DNA of 40,582 nucleotides from a virus (Duplodnaviria; Heunggongvirae; Uroviricota; Caudoviricetes): IMG/VR virus record IMGVR_UViG_2778261692_000003, positions 1 to 40,582 of that record; one strand, 5' to 3'. Shown piece by piece: positions 10,507 to 21,040 of this stretch (position 1 is its first letter; each line of letters starts with the position of its first letter). The notes under the pieces were generated by a model. It saw only the letters and a program-made list of their open reading frames with translations, ran no database searches and was not told where the DNA came from. The position numbers and the translations under genes were made by a program.

Positions 10507-11924
10507 TACTCAATCCTTATCTGGCAGCCTGACAGAGTGACAGGTGACTTCGTGATAACGCGCAATTTGAAGCCGACATTTTTCCTGATGCGCCCGACTC
10601 GCTTCCACAAAACACGTTTGTCGTAAACGAACGGTTCATTCTGTTCAATCATCTGCTCACGTCCGTAATTTATGCCGTCAGTGGTTGCAGAGAGGAACAG
10701 GCGGTCGGCGTACTGCGCAACGCCAGTTGACGATTCAACCTCAAGATCGAACACTCTGGCGTTATCCGCTTTGAACAACGGAGTAAACAGCAGGTGTTCC
10801 TGTTGAAGCCCATACTGGCTGCTGATATCGAACTGCAATTTCCCGGTCACCGATTCCAGCTTATCGCCGCACGTTATCTGATTTCCTTCGTAAATGAAGT
10901 CGATAGCGCGGTACACATCGTCATACAAGCCTGTTTTCAGTACACACCATTGCGGACCATTGGCGCTTGAAGATGCGTCGTACACGAGAACATGGCGAGG
11001 AAGGTGGATAATCAGCAACTCATGCGCATCAAAGCGCAACGATTCCATCACGCCATCAGCCAGTTCATCAGCAGTGTAGGAGCGAAGAATTTTCTCAATG
11101 CTCGCGCTGGCGATTGGTGATACCTGACCGGAGACGATGATGTATACAGACGGCGCACCTGTTGCCGGATTGCTGATGAACGCATAAGAATCAGCGAATG
11201 GCGTTTTGCAGTAAGTTCCGGCAATGCCTTTCTGCACCATAAGAGATGGCTGTGCGACATACAAAGCAGCACCAACGGTGGTTGCACCCGTCAGGGAGAA
11301 ATATTCAATCGTCGATGAACCAAAGCAGACGATGAAGTCTCGCCATGTGCCGATACCGATGATGCCGTCCGGCTGCGATTCTGCGCGATATTGTGCGCTG
11401 TAGCGGTCAGGATGCGATTCGTCTTCAAGGTCAGTGATAAACCATGAATCAGTTCCGTCTTTTGACCACGCATAACGCCCACGTAAGCGCGTAATGTCGC
11501 GAACTGAACCTAACTCGTACTGTGTGAATCCGCTGTCTGTAGGCCAGTTTGAGACGGTTTTAACCGTGCCATCATAGCGATACTCGACCAGTTGACCATT
11601 AACGCCTACTGCCTGTGATGTCCTACCGTGTGCCATTGATACGCGACCACTTCCGGAAACATCGCCGACTTCACTTTCTCCTTTGTAGAGCTTGCCACCA
11701 CACACGCGATAAACAGCACTTTGCGCCATGTTGTACTCGACGCCGCGCGATACTCCGTTCACATCAGAACGTTTGGCAATGCCCGGGAATGAGCGAAGAT
11801 ATCCGCTGCTGTTCAGGATTTCTTTGGGTGTAGCCAGCATATTCACTGGCAGATAGTCGATATAGTCGGCGTTTCGGAAGTCTTTGCCGACACCTTTCAT
11901 GAGCGGAAGTTGCTGAATCGGCAT
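10506..11924 (-). CDS. Tail accessory factor (P22 gp10 position)
   Basis: 472-aa ORF, size and synteny with P22 gene 10. Confidence 0.65.
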
Positions 11925-11933
11925 TTATTCACC

Positions 11934-12395
11934 TCACGTACTCGGATCATCTTTCTCGATGTAAAACCGATTCCACGTAAACGCGCTTTTGTTACCACTA
12001 CCGCGAGGCATGTCATTTCGCCGCTCAAGTGGTGGTATTTTGGTTAAAGCGATGCAGATTGTCTGATATGCACTGTCAGCAGCGGTAAGGAGAGCGTCTG
12101 ACGGCTGAATGACGTTATCCATGCACACTTGCACAGCGAGCTTCAAAGCGACGCCATCATTTGCCCATGCAGGGATACCTGAATCATCGTCAGGTAACGG
12201 CATGATGCCGTTTTCTGTATCCGCAAACTGATATCCAAGCTCGATACCTTTCGCCTGCCATGCTGCCATCATGTCTTCGAGATCATTAATGGCATCTTCA
12301 ATTGCCTGAGGGTCGGCATCTGTCAACGTGGCATTGGAATACAGCCCGGCTTTTCGTAAAGCCTTAAGAACGAGATCACCCTTCGTTTTCGCCAT
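11934..12395 (-). CDS. Tail accessory factor (P22 gp4 position)
   Basis: 153-aa ORF, synteny between small post-coat gene and gp10. Confidence 0.6.
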   Translation of the reverse strand: MAKTKGDLVLKALRKAGLYSNATLTDADPQAIEDAINDLEDMMAAWQAKGIELGYQFADTENGIMPLPDDDSGIPAWANDGVALKLAVQVCMDNVIQPSDALLTAADSAYQTICIALTKIPPLERRNDMPRGSGNKSAFTWNRFYIEKDDPST

Positions 12396-12564
12396 CTTCT
12401 TCCGCCTTAGCCACTTTTTGCTTCGTTGCGGTTTCTTCAGGAGTTTTTACCCAGCCTTTTTTCAGGTGAGATTTAACTTCTTCGTCATCAACAATGATGT
12501 AATCGACAGCAAACTGACCACAGGTGATCATGTTGCCCGGCTTATAGAGCATTGTTCGTGCCAT
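12376..12564 (-). CDS. Small hypothetical protein downstream of coat gene
   Basis: 62 aa from ATG at 12564 with GGAG RBS immediately after the coat terminator; acidic C-terminus. Confidence 0.45.
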   Translation of the reverse strand: MARTMLYKPGNMITCGQFAVDYIIVDDEEVKSHLKKGWVKTPEETATKQKVAKAEEDGENEG

Positions 12565-12575
12565 TGTCTTCTCCC

Positions 12576-12599
12576 AATAAAAATGGGGCCGAAGCCCCA
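12576..12599 (-). terminator. Rho-independent terminator after coat gene
   Basis: On minus strand: TGGGGC-TTCG-GCCCCA followed by TTTTTATT, directly after coat stop. Confidence 0.7.
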
Positions 12600-12605
12600 C
12601 CAAAA

Positions 12606-13859
12606 TTACTGCCCGGCAATAACGATGCCCGTATATTCAGGAACAAGTACAGAGCAACCGTACAGGGTGGTGAAACGCGCAGTGGTTACACCTTTGATGT
12701 GGTCGAAGGCGTAAGACATGATCAGCGTAGCGCCCTGCTCGGTGGTTGCTGTCATTACTTGTGGACCCTGACCAGTTGGGAACGCCAGCTTGCCGTACAT
12801 CAGTTCAACAGAACCATCAGCCCAGAACAGGTTAGCCGGTGCGGCATTTTTGTTGAGAATGGTGATTGCTGCGCTACTTGCCGCATTAGCATCAACGTTT
12901 GCATATGGTCGGCTGGCGACATCCGCGTTGTCAGGCGGCAGAATTTTCGGGGAGATAGTTACTGTCGTTCCGCTTACTGCCAGAACGCGGAATACCTGCG
13001 GCTGCCCGGTGGTGTCTTTGGTGATCTGGTGTACAGAATTCACGCCAGCAATGGTGAACGCATCGCCAACCTGCAACCCAGATGCAGATACCGTAATAGT
13101 CCCCTGTCGGTTATCCACTGGCATATCGTTGGCATCTTTCGCTTCAACCTTGTGCGCAGGTTCAGCCGCCAGCGTCAGGGAAGTTGCTGTACCCTTCGGA
13201 ACACGACCAGAAATATCCGTCTTGTAGCTATCGAAGGACGCAACCGGAGGGATCTGCGCTTTTTCGTATGCTGTCAGGGTTGCGCCCTGAGCATAGGCAC
13301 GGTGACCAAGCTCGCCAGCAAGGTCTTTGTAGTTGAAGGGGTTCCAGAAAGAGCGACGGTTGATACCCTGAGGTACACCAATCGCCGTCATGGTGGCATC
13401 AATACCTGCCGCACAGTTCCACAAATCACGGCCCTGTGAACCTGTGGTTGAGTCAGCCATCGTGATCACGTTAGTAGCACGCTGCGTAACCATGGAAATC
13501 AGGTCAGAGTCAATCTGTGCAGCAAGGCGCATACCTGCGGCGCGACCAGCTTCAGTTTTATGTTCCGGGTCACGCATTTCACGCGCATCCAGAGTGTACA
13601 GAATGTTTTTCGGCTCCTTGAACACAGAAGGAACAAGGCGCTGAACCAGTGCTGTTGGCGTTTTGCCGCTGAGGTCTAGGCCTTCCTCAATGTTCATGTG
13701 GTAATGCTGCGGACGATACAGAACATCACCTGCTCGCTGCATTGCTGTATCACCGGGACGGAATTTTTTAGCGTTACGGGAAACTACGCAGGCGGCCTCA
13801 AAGCCTTCAACGTAGTTTTCGAACATGATTTCAAGGTCTTTTGCTAATTGGTTAGCCAT
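12606..13859 (-). CDS. Major coat protein (P22 gp5-like)
   Basis: 417 aa; C-terminal portion resembles recalled P22 coat protein; synteny scaffold-coat. Confidence 0.85.
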   Translation of the reverse strand: MANQLAKDLEIMFENYVEGFEAACVVSRNAKKFRPGDTAMQRAGDVLYRPQHYHMNIEEGLDLSGKTPTALVQRLVPSVFKEPKNILYTLDAREMRDPEHKTEAGRAAGMRLAAQIDSDLISMVTQRATNVITMADSTTGSQGRDLWNCAAGIDATMTAIGVPQGINRRSFWNPFNYKDLAGELGHRAYAQGATLTAYEKAQIPPVASFDSYKTDISGRVPKGTATSLTLAAEPAHKVEAKDANDMPVDNRQGTITVSASGLQVGDAFTIAGVNSVHQITKDTTGQPQVFRVLAVSGTTVTISPKILPPDNADVASRPYANVDANAASSAAITILNKNAAPANLFWADGSVELMYGKLAFPTGQGPQVMTATTEQGATLIMSYAFDHIKGVTTARFTTLYGCSVLVPEYTGIVIAGQ

Positions 13860-13877
13860 GCTTAATGCTCCGATAGG

Positions 13878-14771
13878 TTATTTTTTTGCCTTTTTAGCGG
13901 CGAAATACGGCGTCCAGTCACCAGTTTCCAGCGCCTTGGCTTTCAGTTTGTCGAGGTTGTTGATTACTGCGCCGTTGCTCCCCTTAACTGTCGGGGTTGT
14001 GGCTGCCGTGGTTTTTGCTTTTGGCATGATTCTGGCCTTCGATTCGATACGTTCCAGCAGACGACCAATTGCTACGGGGTTGGTAGCTTCTGCCAGTTGC
14101 TTGCGCAGTTCAGCGTTGCGACCGAGTGCCAGAACAACGATTTCCGGCTTCTCTGACTCAAACAAGATCGCGTTTTGTGTCTCGATGGGGATTTCCTCGA
14201 GTACGGCCTGCTCAGCTTCCTGATAGCCAGGAACTTTGAGAGCCTTAACACGTTGCTGATATTTGGATAATCGCTCTTGATAAGCAGCCTGAAGCTCCTG
14301 CTCCTTCTGCTTGCGAGCCATCTCCTGTTGCTGGTACTTGCCGTTATCCTCTGCCCACTTAGCCATGCGTTGCTGGTAGATTTCTTCATCGAAACCGATG
14401 TCCTCATCATCCAGTTTTGGCATTCGCGGTGGTTGAGTGATTACCGGCTGCTGCTCGACGGGTTTCTGAGACTGACGCATCAGCTCTTTCAGCTCACGGT
14501 CTTTCTCTTTAATCGTCTTGCGCAGGTGTTTTACCAGTCCATGCTCTGCGCCATCTTCGCTGGTTGGCGAATCCAGCTTTTCGTCACCAAAGTAGAATTC
14601 CTGTTCTGATTCGTCGTCATCAGTTTCAGTAGCTTCCTCTGCATCATTGCCGGAGGACTCACTGCCATCTTCTGTTTCGACTTCTTCAGCCAGTTCGACA
14701 TCATCAGGAATCTGCTCTGACGCGTCGGTTTCGATTTCAACTTCTGGTGTGTTTTCTGCCATCTGGTCCAT
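13878..14771 (-). CDS. Scaffolding protein
   Basis: 297 aa, highly acidic N-terminus, charged helical composition; between portal and coat. Confidence 0.8.
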   Translation of the reverse strand: MDQMAENTPEVEIETDASEQIPDDVELAEEVETEDGSESSGNDAEEATETDDDESEQEFYFGDEKLDSPTSEDGAEHGLVKHLRKTIKEKDRELKELMRQSQKPVEQQPVITQPPRMPKLDDEDIGFDEEIYQQRMAKWAEDNGKYQQQEMARKQKEQELQAAYQERLSKYQQRVKALKVPGYQEAEQAVLEEIPIETQNAILFESEKPEIVVLALGRNAELRKQLAEATNPVAIGRLLERIESKARIMPKAKTTAATTPTVKGSNGAVINNLDKLKAKALETGDWTPYFAAKKAKK

Positions 14772-14861
14772 TTGTTACCCCTGTTTACTCGATGTTCAGC
14801 CCATCGGAAGGCAATAGGGTGCCAGGCCTCATAAAGACAGCCATTGCACGTTATGGGTTAA

Positions 14862-17060
14862 TTACTGCTGTGGTTGTTGCTGAGTTGATTTTTGCAGGAT
14901 GCTGCTGATGTCCATGCGCTGCGCATGGCCCTGTGCCTGACTTTTCAGGACAAGCTCCGCATCAGCACGGGCATTGTCTCCTTGCTGTTGCTGGAACTGT
15001 CCGAGCAGTTTCAGAGCCTCGCGGATATCAGATTTCTGCTGGCTATCGGCAGATGCGAGGATTTTCACAACATTTGCCGCTGCAACCTGAGCATCAGTCT
15101 GTGCCTGGAATGCTTTAACCTGAATGGCTGCCTGTTCGTTCTGCGCTTTCTGCAATTCAGCCTGACCAGCAAGAAGCTGACCTTGCGCAGCAACCATAGC
15201 CGGATCCGGCTGACTGGCCTGTTGTTGTTTCGCCTGCTCAACCATCTGCTGTTCTTCTGGTGTTCTCGGCTTAATAACGCCAGACAGAAGCAACTGATTG
15301 CGGTTGTATTCTTTAAGGTCGTCCATCCCTTCGCCGTCCATATTGTCGAGAATCATCGACGATACAAGGTCATGCTTCGGCGTTCCTGGCGGGATAAGTG
15401 CCAGCATGGAAAGCAACGACTTAACCGTTGCATCACGGCGAGTAGCGAACGACTGACCGACATCGACAGTCACTTCATAGTTACCCTGCGAAAGGTCGTT
15501 AAGCGCGATAACCTTCCCTGTCTGACGGTCAACCACTTCACCAGTCATCAGCGCCACGTCATCGCTGCCATCCTCATTAACGATGCGCATTGGCGTATCG
15601 CTGCCATAGACTTCACGAGCCATAGAAAGCCACACGACGCCAGCACGGCGCATGGATTTAGCCATGTTGTCCATGTAGATATAGGACTGCGTGTCCATCC
15701 GGTTAAAGATGCTATCAACGGTATCGGTAGCGACGTTGCTCGGCATGTTCTCAAGCTGCGACGCACCTGTAATTTGCTGAATAGCCGTTCCGGTGTACTG
15801 CAATAGCCCGGCAAGAGCAGGAGGCATTTGTGTCGGAGGTGTCCAGCCAGCAACCTGAGCCTCTGAAATGACCGTTCCGTTTTTGTCCTTCTTGCTGGTC
15901 ATGGGAAGAACTGCAGGTCTTTTCTTATTCCTCTCTGCCCAGTGATTCATTAATGGACCGGGAATGAAATCAACATCCACGATAGGAATGCCATCACCGC
16001 CAGCCTGAGTAGCATTATCTGCAATCATGGAAACCATCAGGTTCTCAAGACGCTGTGCATCCATCGCTTTTGCTGCATGGCCTTCGATTCGCTCCTGATT
16101 ATCAACAAATGAACGACGCCCATATACCGGGATGAGAGGAATATGTTCGCCCGGAATACGCTTCGGTTCTTCCAGCCATTCAGCGCCAGACAGAAGACCG
16201 CAATAAACTCGGCGTTTCTTCACCGTTCGCTCGCCAATCAGTTCGAATGCACCATCGGTCAGCTCGTCGACAATATCTTTGATTTGCTCTTCATCATAGA
16301 TTGCCGTTTCTCCGCTGACAGGGTTACGCCATGCTGTGAGCTTCACCTTCTCTATGCGGACTTCGTAGTAGCGTCCAACATAGATGGCATCTGGCGTTGA
16401 CCAGTCATATTGAGTGCCAGTGTCATCACGAGAAAGGCTTGCCGCGATGGAATCAGGGTATTCAGCCTCGAACGCTTTAGGCGTCATGGAGAACATTTCC
16501 ATAGCCCACATAGCATCAGAACGGTCATATTGCTTGCTGTCCTGATCGAAGAAGACGCATGTCGCTGGGTCGTAAACAGGAAGAAGGCTGATGCGTCGCT
16601 GCTCGTTACTCGGATCCATTTCATCTTCGTAATCGGCACACATGCGGAAACAACCGAATCCGCCCGTTACAGCATCATCAAATGCGTTATCACACGCTTC
16701 GCCACCTGATGTTTCCTGATAGTCAGCGCGGAATTTGCCGTTCATCTTTTCGGCTAACGCTTCCGATGCCTTGTCATCCTTCGGCCTGAATTTAACGCTG
16801 ATGCGATTCTGTCGATACTCGCCAATGATGCGATCACATTCACGGGCAATCTTATTCAGTTCAAAGCGCGGGTAATGCTCAAACCTGCCTTCATCAAATG
16901 AGTAACCAGCGTTTGTGCTGCCTTCCCACTGTGCGCCGGATACCCGGACGAAACGTTGAGCCTCAATAATCTGCTCACGCATATCCTGCGTTGCTGACCA
17001 GGCATTATCAAAGTTGCACAGCACCTTGCGATGCCAGTCAGTCATCTTTTTTTCTGCCAT
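14862..17060 (-). CDS. Portal protein (P22 gp1-like)
   Basis: 732 aa, Q-rich C-terminal tail, position after large terminase. Confidence 0.85.
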   Translation of the reverse strand: MAEKKMTDWHRKVLCNFDNAWSATQDMREQIIEAQRFVRVSGAQWEGSTNAGYSFDEGRFEHYPRFELNKIARECDRIIGEYRQNRISVKFRPKDDKASEALAEKMNGKFRADYQETSGGEACDNAFDDAVTGGFGCFRMCADYEDEMDPSNEQRRISLLPVYDPATCVFFDQDSKQYDRSDAMWAMEMFSMTPKAFEAEYPDSIAASLSRDDTGTQYDWSTPDAIYVGRYYEVRIEKVKLTAWRNPVSGETAIYDEEQIKDIVDELTDGAFELIGERTVKKRRVYCGLLSGAEWLEEPKRIPGEHIPLIPVYGRRSFVDNQERIEGHAAKAMDAQRLENLMVSMIADNATQAGGDGIPIVDVDFIPGPLMNHWAERNKKRPAVLPMTSKKDKNGTVISEAQVAGWTPPTQMPPALAGLLQYTGTAIQQITGASQLENMPSNVATDTVDSIFNRMDTQSYIYMDNMAKSMRRAGVVWLSMAREVYGSDTPMRIVNEDGSDDVALMTGEVVDRQTGKVIALNDLSQGNYEVTVDVGQSFATRRDATVKSLLSMLALIPPGTPKHDLVSSMILDNMDGEGMDDLKEYNRNQLLLSGVIKPRTPEEQQMVEQAKQQQASQPDPAMVAAQGQLLAGQAELQKAQNEQAAIQVKAFQAQTDAQVAAANVVKILASADSQQKSDIREALKLLGQFQQQQGDNARADAELVLKSQAQGHAQRMDISSILQKSTQQQPQQ

Positions 17061-17061
17061 A

Positions 17062-18477
17062 TCAACCTACACCACAAGGAATTGAGTAACTGGAATAGTC
17101 GGGTTGCGCAGCCGACTCCGGGCAATGCATACACATCATCAGCGCATCAGCCAGGTTAGGAGATGGAATACCGAGCTTCTGCTTCATTTCGACCTTAGTC
17201 ATAAGCTCCAGCTTCCCGTTGTTATTGAATTTGCGCTGAATCTGCGTCAGTTCTGCAAACAGCTTCTCCAGCATATTCTCGCCTATCGCTTCTTTGTCGA
17301 AACTCAGCATGTCGTCGGGGTCTGCATACTCACCGTGGACAACCGCCCGATATGTCAGATACAGCCTGTCAGCCAGCGCGTAATAGAATTGCGCTCGCTT
17401 ATTGCGGAACACATCGCCAATAGTGCGAACGTTGTCGCCCTGTACGACTTCATCGGCCCATGCTCCGGCCTGATATGGTGCATCTTCATCGAATGGCGAT
17501 TCGCTGCCCTTGAACATCGTGGCGGTGATTTTCTTGCCGGAGAACGCTTCCGTTGTCTGTCTGCGTAGCCCAGCACCAACACCATCACCATCCCACAGGT
17601 AATGGTCAGCGCCGTCTTCAATCGCCAGCGAAGTAGCCCAGTCAGCACCCTCGTTGATGTCCATCAGCAGACCTTCGGCAATGCGCTTAACTACCGAACC
17701 GTGACGCGATGCGTAACCTTTAGCATCTGGCCCTGTATCTGATGGGTCATGCGCAGAGACAACAGCGCCTTTCGCTTTCCATCCGAGTTTCTTGTGCGCA
17801 TCGGTAGCAGATTCAAGCCATTCACGTTTGATGATTGCCATATCACTTGCGCTCACTGGCTCACCCAGCCAGATGTGACGATACAGTGTCGGATTTCTGC
17901 GTTTGCACTCTTCCATCTCCAGACGGAGAACTTCAGGAAAGTGCGGGTTGTCGGTGTAGTTCACCGTCAGCAGACAAATATCATCGGGAGGATTTACAAC
18001 GAATCGCTGATAGGTATCGTCGAGGATGTTCTTCGGGTTAAAGCTCACCCATATTTCGGAAAATGGCTTGCGGATGGTTGGTATCAGGATATCCCATGAT
18101 TCCTTCGTTACCGCTTCCGCTTCCTCCACCCAGCAGATATCAATACCTTCGAGAGATTTAATCTTCGTCGGGTTGTTTTTGATGCCGTAGAACATGAATT
18201 CAGCATTCGTTCCAAGATGACGAATCATGGAACGCTGAATTTCAAACTCAGCCGAATACCCTTCCCGCTCAATGGTATCTTCAAGCAACCGGATTACCGA
18301 ATCGCTGATACTGTTTTGCAGTTCACGAGCGCAGAGAATGAGCACAGGCTGCCGACGCCCCGCTTCAACAAGCAGCCTCGCAATTGCCCATGATTTACCG
18401 CTACCTCGACCGCCTTTGGCAACTTTGTAGCGATGCGCCTCAATGAACGGTTCAAAGATAGGATTAATCGAGGTCAT
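17062..18477 (-). CDS. Terminase large subunit
   Basis: 471 aa; Walker A KGGRGSGKS near N-terminus; overlaps small-terminase stop. Confidence 0.85.
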   Translation of the reverse strand: MTSINPIFEPFIEAHRYKVAKGGRGSGKSWAIARLLVEAGRRQPVLILCARELQNSISDSVIRLLEDTIEREGYSAEFEIQRSMIRHLGTNAEFMFYGIKNNPTKIKSLEGIDICWVEEAEAVTKESWDILIPTIRKPFSEIWVSFNPKNILDDTYQRFVVNPPDDICLLTVNYTDNPHFPEVLRLEMEECKRRNPTLYRHIWLGEPVSASDMAIIKREWLESATDAHKKLGWKAKGAVVSAHDPSDTGPDAKGYASRHGSVVKRIAEGLLMDINEGADWATSLAIEDGADHYLWDGDGVGAGLRRQTTEAFSGKKITATMFKGSESPFDEDAPYQAGAWADEVVQGDNVRTIGDVFRNKRAQFYYALADRLYLTYRAVVHGEYADPDDMLSFDKEAIGENMLEKLFAELTQIQRKFNNNGKLELMTKVEMKQKLGIPSPNLADALMMCMHCPESAAQPDYSSYSIPCGVG

Positions 18478-18914
18478 TTTCCGAATAGAGTGCTCATCGG
18501 TGATGTTTCAATCTGAATTGCGCCGCCGTCTTTGCCTGTTAGCTCGTGATCAACCTTGTCGCGCCATTTATCCTTCTGTCGGTTCTTAAGCCAGAAAATG
18601 GCAGCGGTTGTATCAGGCGGGTAATACTTCTCAAGCGGAGTTTCGACAATTCTGTTTTCAATAACACGAATATCGATATCTGGAGCCACGAAGCCCATAG
18701 CGCGTTGATAAAGACGATCACTAACTTCTGCATCAGCGACGGCCTTACCCTTTTTTATGGACTCCGAAAACTCAGGATAATCAAGCTTCCACTTGTTAAT
18801 AGTTGACTCACTGACTTCGAAGAAATCAGCAAGCTCTGCATCGGTGTAGCCCAGCAAGCACAGTTTGCGTGCCTGTTCGGCGTACGCCTCTTGATACTTT
18901 GTTGGGCGCGCCAT
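18474..18914 (-). CDS. Terminase small subunit (Sf6 gp1-like)
   Basis: 146 aa; N-terminal HTH-like region; C-terminus GKDGGAIQIETSPMSTLFGK matches recalled Sf6 small terminase. Confidence 0.75.
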   Translation of the reverse strand: MARPTKYQEAYAEQARKLCLLGYTDAELADFFEVSESTINKWKLDYPEFSESIKKGKAVADAEVSDRLYQRAMGFVAPDIDIRVIENRIVETPLEKYYPPDTTAAIFWLKNRQKDKWRDKVDHELTGKDGGAIQIETSPMSTLFGK

Positions 18915-18916
18915 GT

Positions 18917-19159
18917 TTATGCTCCGGTAGTGAACAGGTCTAACGCTTCCTTCGATTTACGCACCGCTTCGATTGTGCGGGTCGTGATATCTGAATTAGC
19001 GCCGCCTGACTGGAAGTGAATTTTGAATAGCTCAAGCTTCAGTTCGTCAGTGCCAATGAACTGAAATGCTTCCTCTGCGGCTGCGTTCTGGTTCATGACC
19101 AGCTTGTAAATCTCTAACTGGAATTTCTGTTCTTCAGTCATGGGAATAATCTCTGCCAT
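18917..19159 (-). CDS. Hypothetical small protein upstream of terminase
   Basis: 80-aa ORF with GGAG RBS, ends 3 nt before small-terminase start. Confidence 0.5.
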   Translation of the reverse strand: MAEIIPMTEEQKFQLEIYKLVMNQNAAAEEAFQFIGTDELKLELFKIHFQSGGANSDITTRTIEAVRKSKEALDLFTTGA

Positions 19160-19262
19160 TGTTGGCTCCGTTTATCCGTTAAAAGGGATATCAGTTAAGT
19201 TATCCCGTGTAGGGTATAAGCCATTGTCAAAGCCACTCTGTAGGGAATGGCTTTTGTAATAA

Positions 19263-19643
19263 CTACTGTTCGCTTAGCTTCTGCTTCAGCAAGTAACCTT
19301 CGAGCATCCAGATTTTGTTTACAGCATTTTGCCGGGCAATCTTCCGACCAATTTCTGCATCAAAGTTTTCAGGGCTTGCACAGGCACTCTCTCCGGTGAC
19401 GGTGAAGCCATTCTTCAGCACCAGTACGCAGAAAGTGAGCAACTTCAATGGTGATAAATCACGATCGTCTTCTTCTGGTTTTTCCCTGCCACAATATTCG
19501 TTGCTGGAAATGGCACCATTACGTCCATCATAAGCAGTAAAGTAATGCTCGCTTTTAATCACGTCTTCGATGTGCTGCGGGGTAACTCGCGGAGCGGTTT
19601 TGCCTTTCTCAACGATTTCTTTTTCGATTTGCTGGTCGTTCAT
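19263..19643 (-). CDS. Hypothetical protein (126 aa)
   Basis: ORF in late-operon orientation between rha and terminase; no recognisable motif. Confidence 0.45.
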   Translation of the reverse strand: MNDQQIEKEIVEKGKTAPRVTPQHIEDVIKSEHYFTAYDGRNGAISSNEYCGREKPEEDDRDLSPLKLLTFCVLVLKNGFTVTGESACASPENFDAEIGRKIARQNAVNKIWMLEGYLLKQKLSEQ

Positions 19644-19719
19644 AATTATGACCTTGTTGGTTGTTAAAGATGTTTTTGTGATGGCGATAAAAAGGCCGCC
19701 TGAGCGACCTGTTAGTTGT

Positions 19720-19893
19720 TCACAACTTCCATTGCTGAAGGTTCAGCATGTCGAAAAATGAGCCGCATTTAGGGATATTTTCCATTCTTGCCCTCTCTTC
19801 AGCCGCTTTGTAATAAGCCATTGGCCTTTTCACACCATCAGCACCAGTGATGTATTCAACGCCTTCCTTCTGGTCTTTGTTTACGGAAACCAT
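19720..19893 (-). CDS. Hypothetical small protein (57 aa)
   Basis: ATG at 19893 with GGAAG RBS; track start at 19908 is GTG. Confidence 0.3.
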   Translation of the reverse strand: MVSVNKDQKEGVEYITGADGVKRPMAYYKAAEERARMENIPKCGSFFDMLNLQQWKL

Positions 19894-20179
19894 CGCAACA
19901 TCTTCCACTTGTTCGTTATCGATTCAGCGGATGTCTTTCCATCAGTCCGCCACCACAAAGAATCTTTTTTGCCATAAGGCTGGAGGTTCATCTTTCAGTG
20001 GCTGCCAGTGTTATTTCCCCACTTACTGGCTTGGGTTGTTTCGCTGTACTGCCGTAACTGGTGGTGCACAGATTTAGTTAAATCTGTTCTCGCCTGAACT
20101 ATCTTTTACATACCCGGATTGTGGGGATGTAAATCACGGTTTCATTATCAAGCCCACCCGTAGATGGGCTTTGGAATGG

Positions 20180-20698
20180 TCACTTTGGCAGTCCGGGGAT
20201 CGATATTTGCGCCTGCTGCTCAAGCCTTTCGATTCTTGCTATGAGTTGCGGTTTTTTGATCCTGCCCCAGCGGTTCAGCAAGCGTCCTGACATACTGGCA
20301 ACATCCTTTTCCTTCATGAACTCCAGCATTAACTCGTTGTGCTCTCTTTGGTATGAGTGAGCCATCTCCATCAGCCTGTCACGCATCCAATTAAATGCTT
20401 TGATAAACGCCTCTTTGATGGCGGCAGCTTTTTTGCCGGTAAACGACATGATGATGTACATCGCGCCGTCTTTGGAAATTTCATATTCAACATACTGATT
20501 ACCCTTGTGTTCATAGGTAACCCGCGAAAAGTTGCTGGTTAGAAATTCATCCGAACAGTCTAGCTTTTCGATTTTCTGAATGATGTGGTGATGCTGCTTG
20601 TCGAAGTAAGCTGCTACCTTGCGGGAGGTTGTGATCACGCGATCACCAGAAACAACCACCATGTCCCGGAAATCGAGATTAGCCAATTGATGATTCAT
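20180..20698 (-). CDS. rha: Rha-family phage regulatory protein
   Basis: N-terminus MNHQLANLDFRDMVVVSGDRVITTSRKVAAYFDKQHHHIIQKIEKL typical of Rha family; start at ATG 20698 rather than track TTG 20941. Confidence 0.7.
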   Translation of the reverse strand: MNHQLANLDFRDMVVVSGDRVITTSRKVAAYFDKQHHHIIQKIEKLDCSDEFLTSNFSRVTYEHKGNQYVEYEISKDGAMYIIMSFTGKKAAAIKEAFIKAFNWMRDRLMEMAHSYQREHNELMLEFMKEKDVASMSGRLLNRWGRIKKPQLIARIERLEQQAQISIPGLPK

Positions 20699-20842
20699 AG
20701 CGTCTTTACCTTTTAGAAAGTGAGCCTGTCTCACAGAAAAGCCGCCCGAGAGAGGTCGCCACCTATAACGGCATTTCTCAGGCTCGCTTACTGAAAGGCT
20801 CTCGTTAATATGCGCGTGAGATGCGCTGTGAAATTCAGATAT

Positions 20843-20866
20843 AAAAAAGCCCCGCGAATGCGAGGC
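20843..20866 (-). terminator. Rho-independent terminator between Rz and rha
   Basis: Minus strand GCCUCGC-AUUC-GCGGGGC followed by UUUUUU. Confidence 0.6.
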
Positions 20867-21040
20867 TAAATCCTGGTATTTGTAATGACTGGCTCTTATC
20901 TCAACGCAGCCCCTTACCGCGCGCCAGATGCTCAATATCAAGCATCAGCAATGAGATGTTTAATCTGGATTCACTCCAGAAGTGATCACCACCCTGCCTA
21001 CAGAGCCAGATGTGAAGGATGATGAGTAAAATTATCGCTA

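Noticed and set aside
14892-15806. 304-aa plus-strand ORF antisense to the portal gene (and similar antisense ORFs at 865-1122, 3300-3674, 5097-5386, 6808-7161, 12552-13439, 13825-14223, 17104-17568)
   Set aside because: Each lies entirely inside a well-supported gene on the opposite strand, has no RBS and has composition typical of antisense read-through frames.
19160-19262. Hairpin AAGCCATT...AATGGCTT between small late genes as a terminator
   Set aside because: No U-tract follows the stem on the transcribed minus strand.
20867-21040. 55-codon hydrophobic ORF on the minus strand between Rz and the rha terminator
   Set aside because: Start overlaps Rz without an RBS and the frame is not supported by any recognisable feature.
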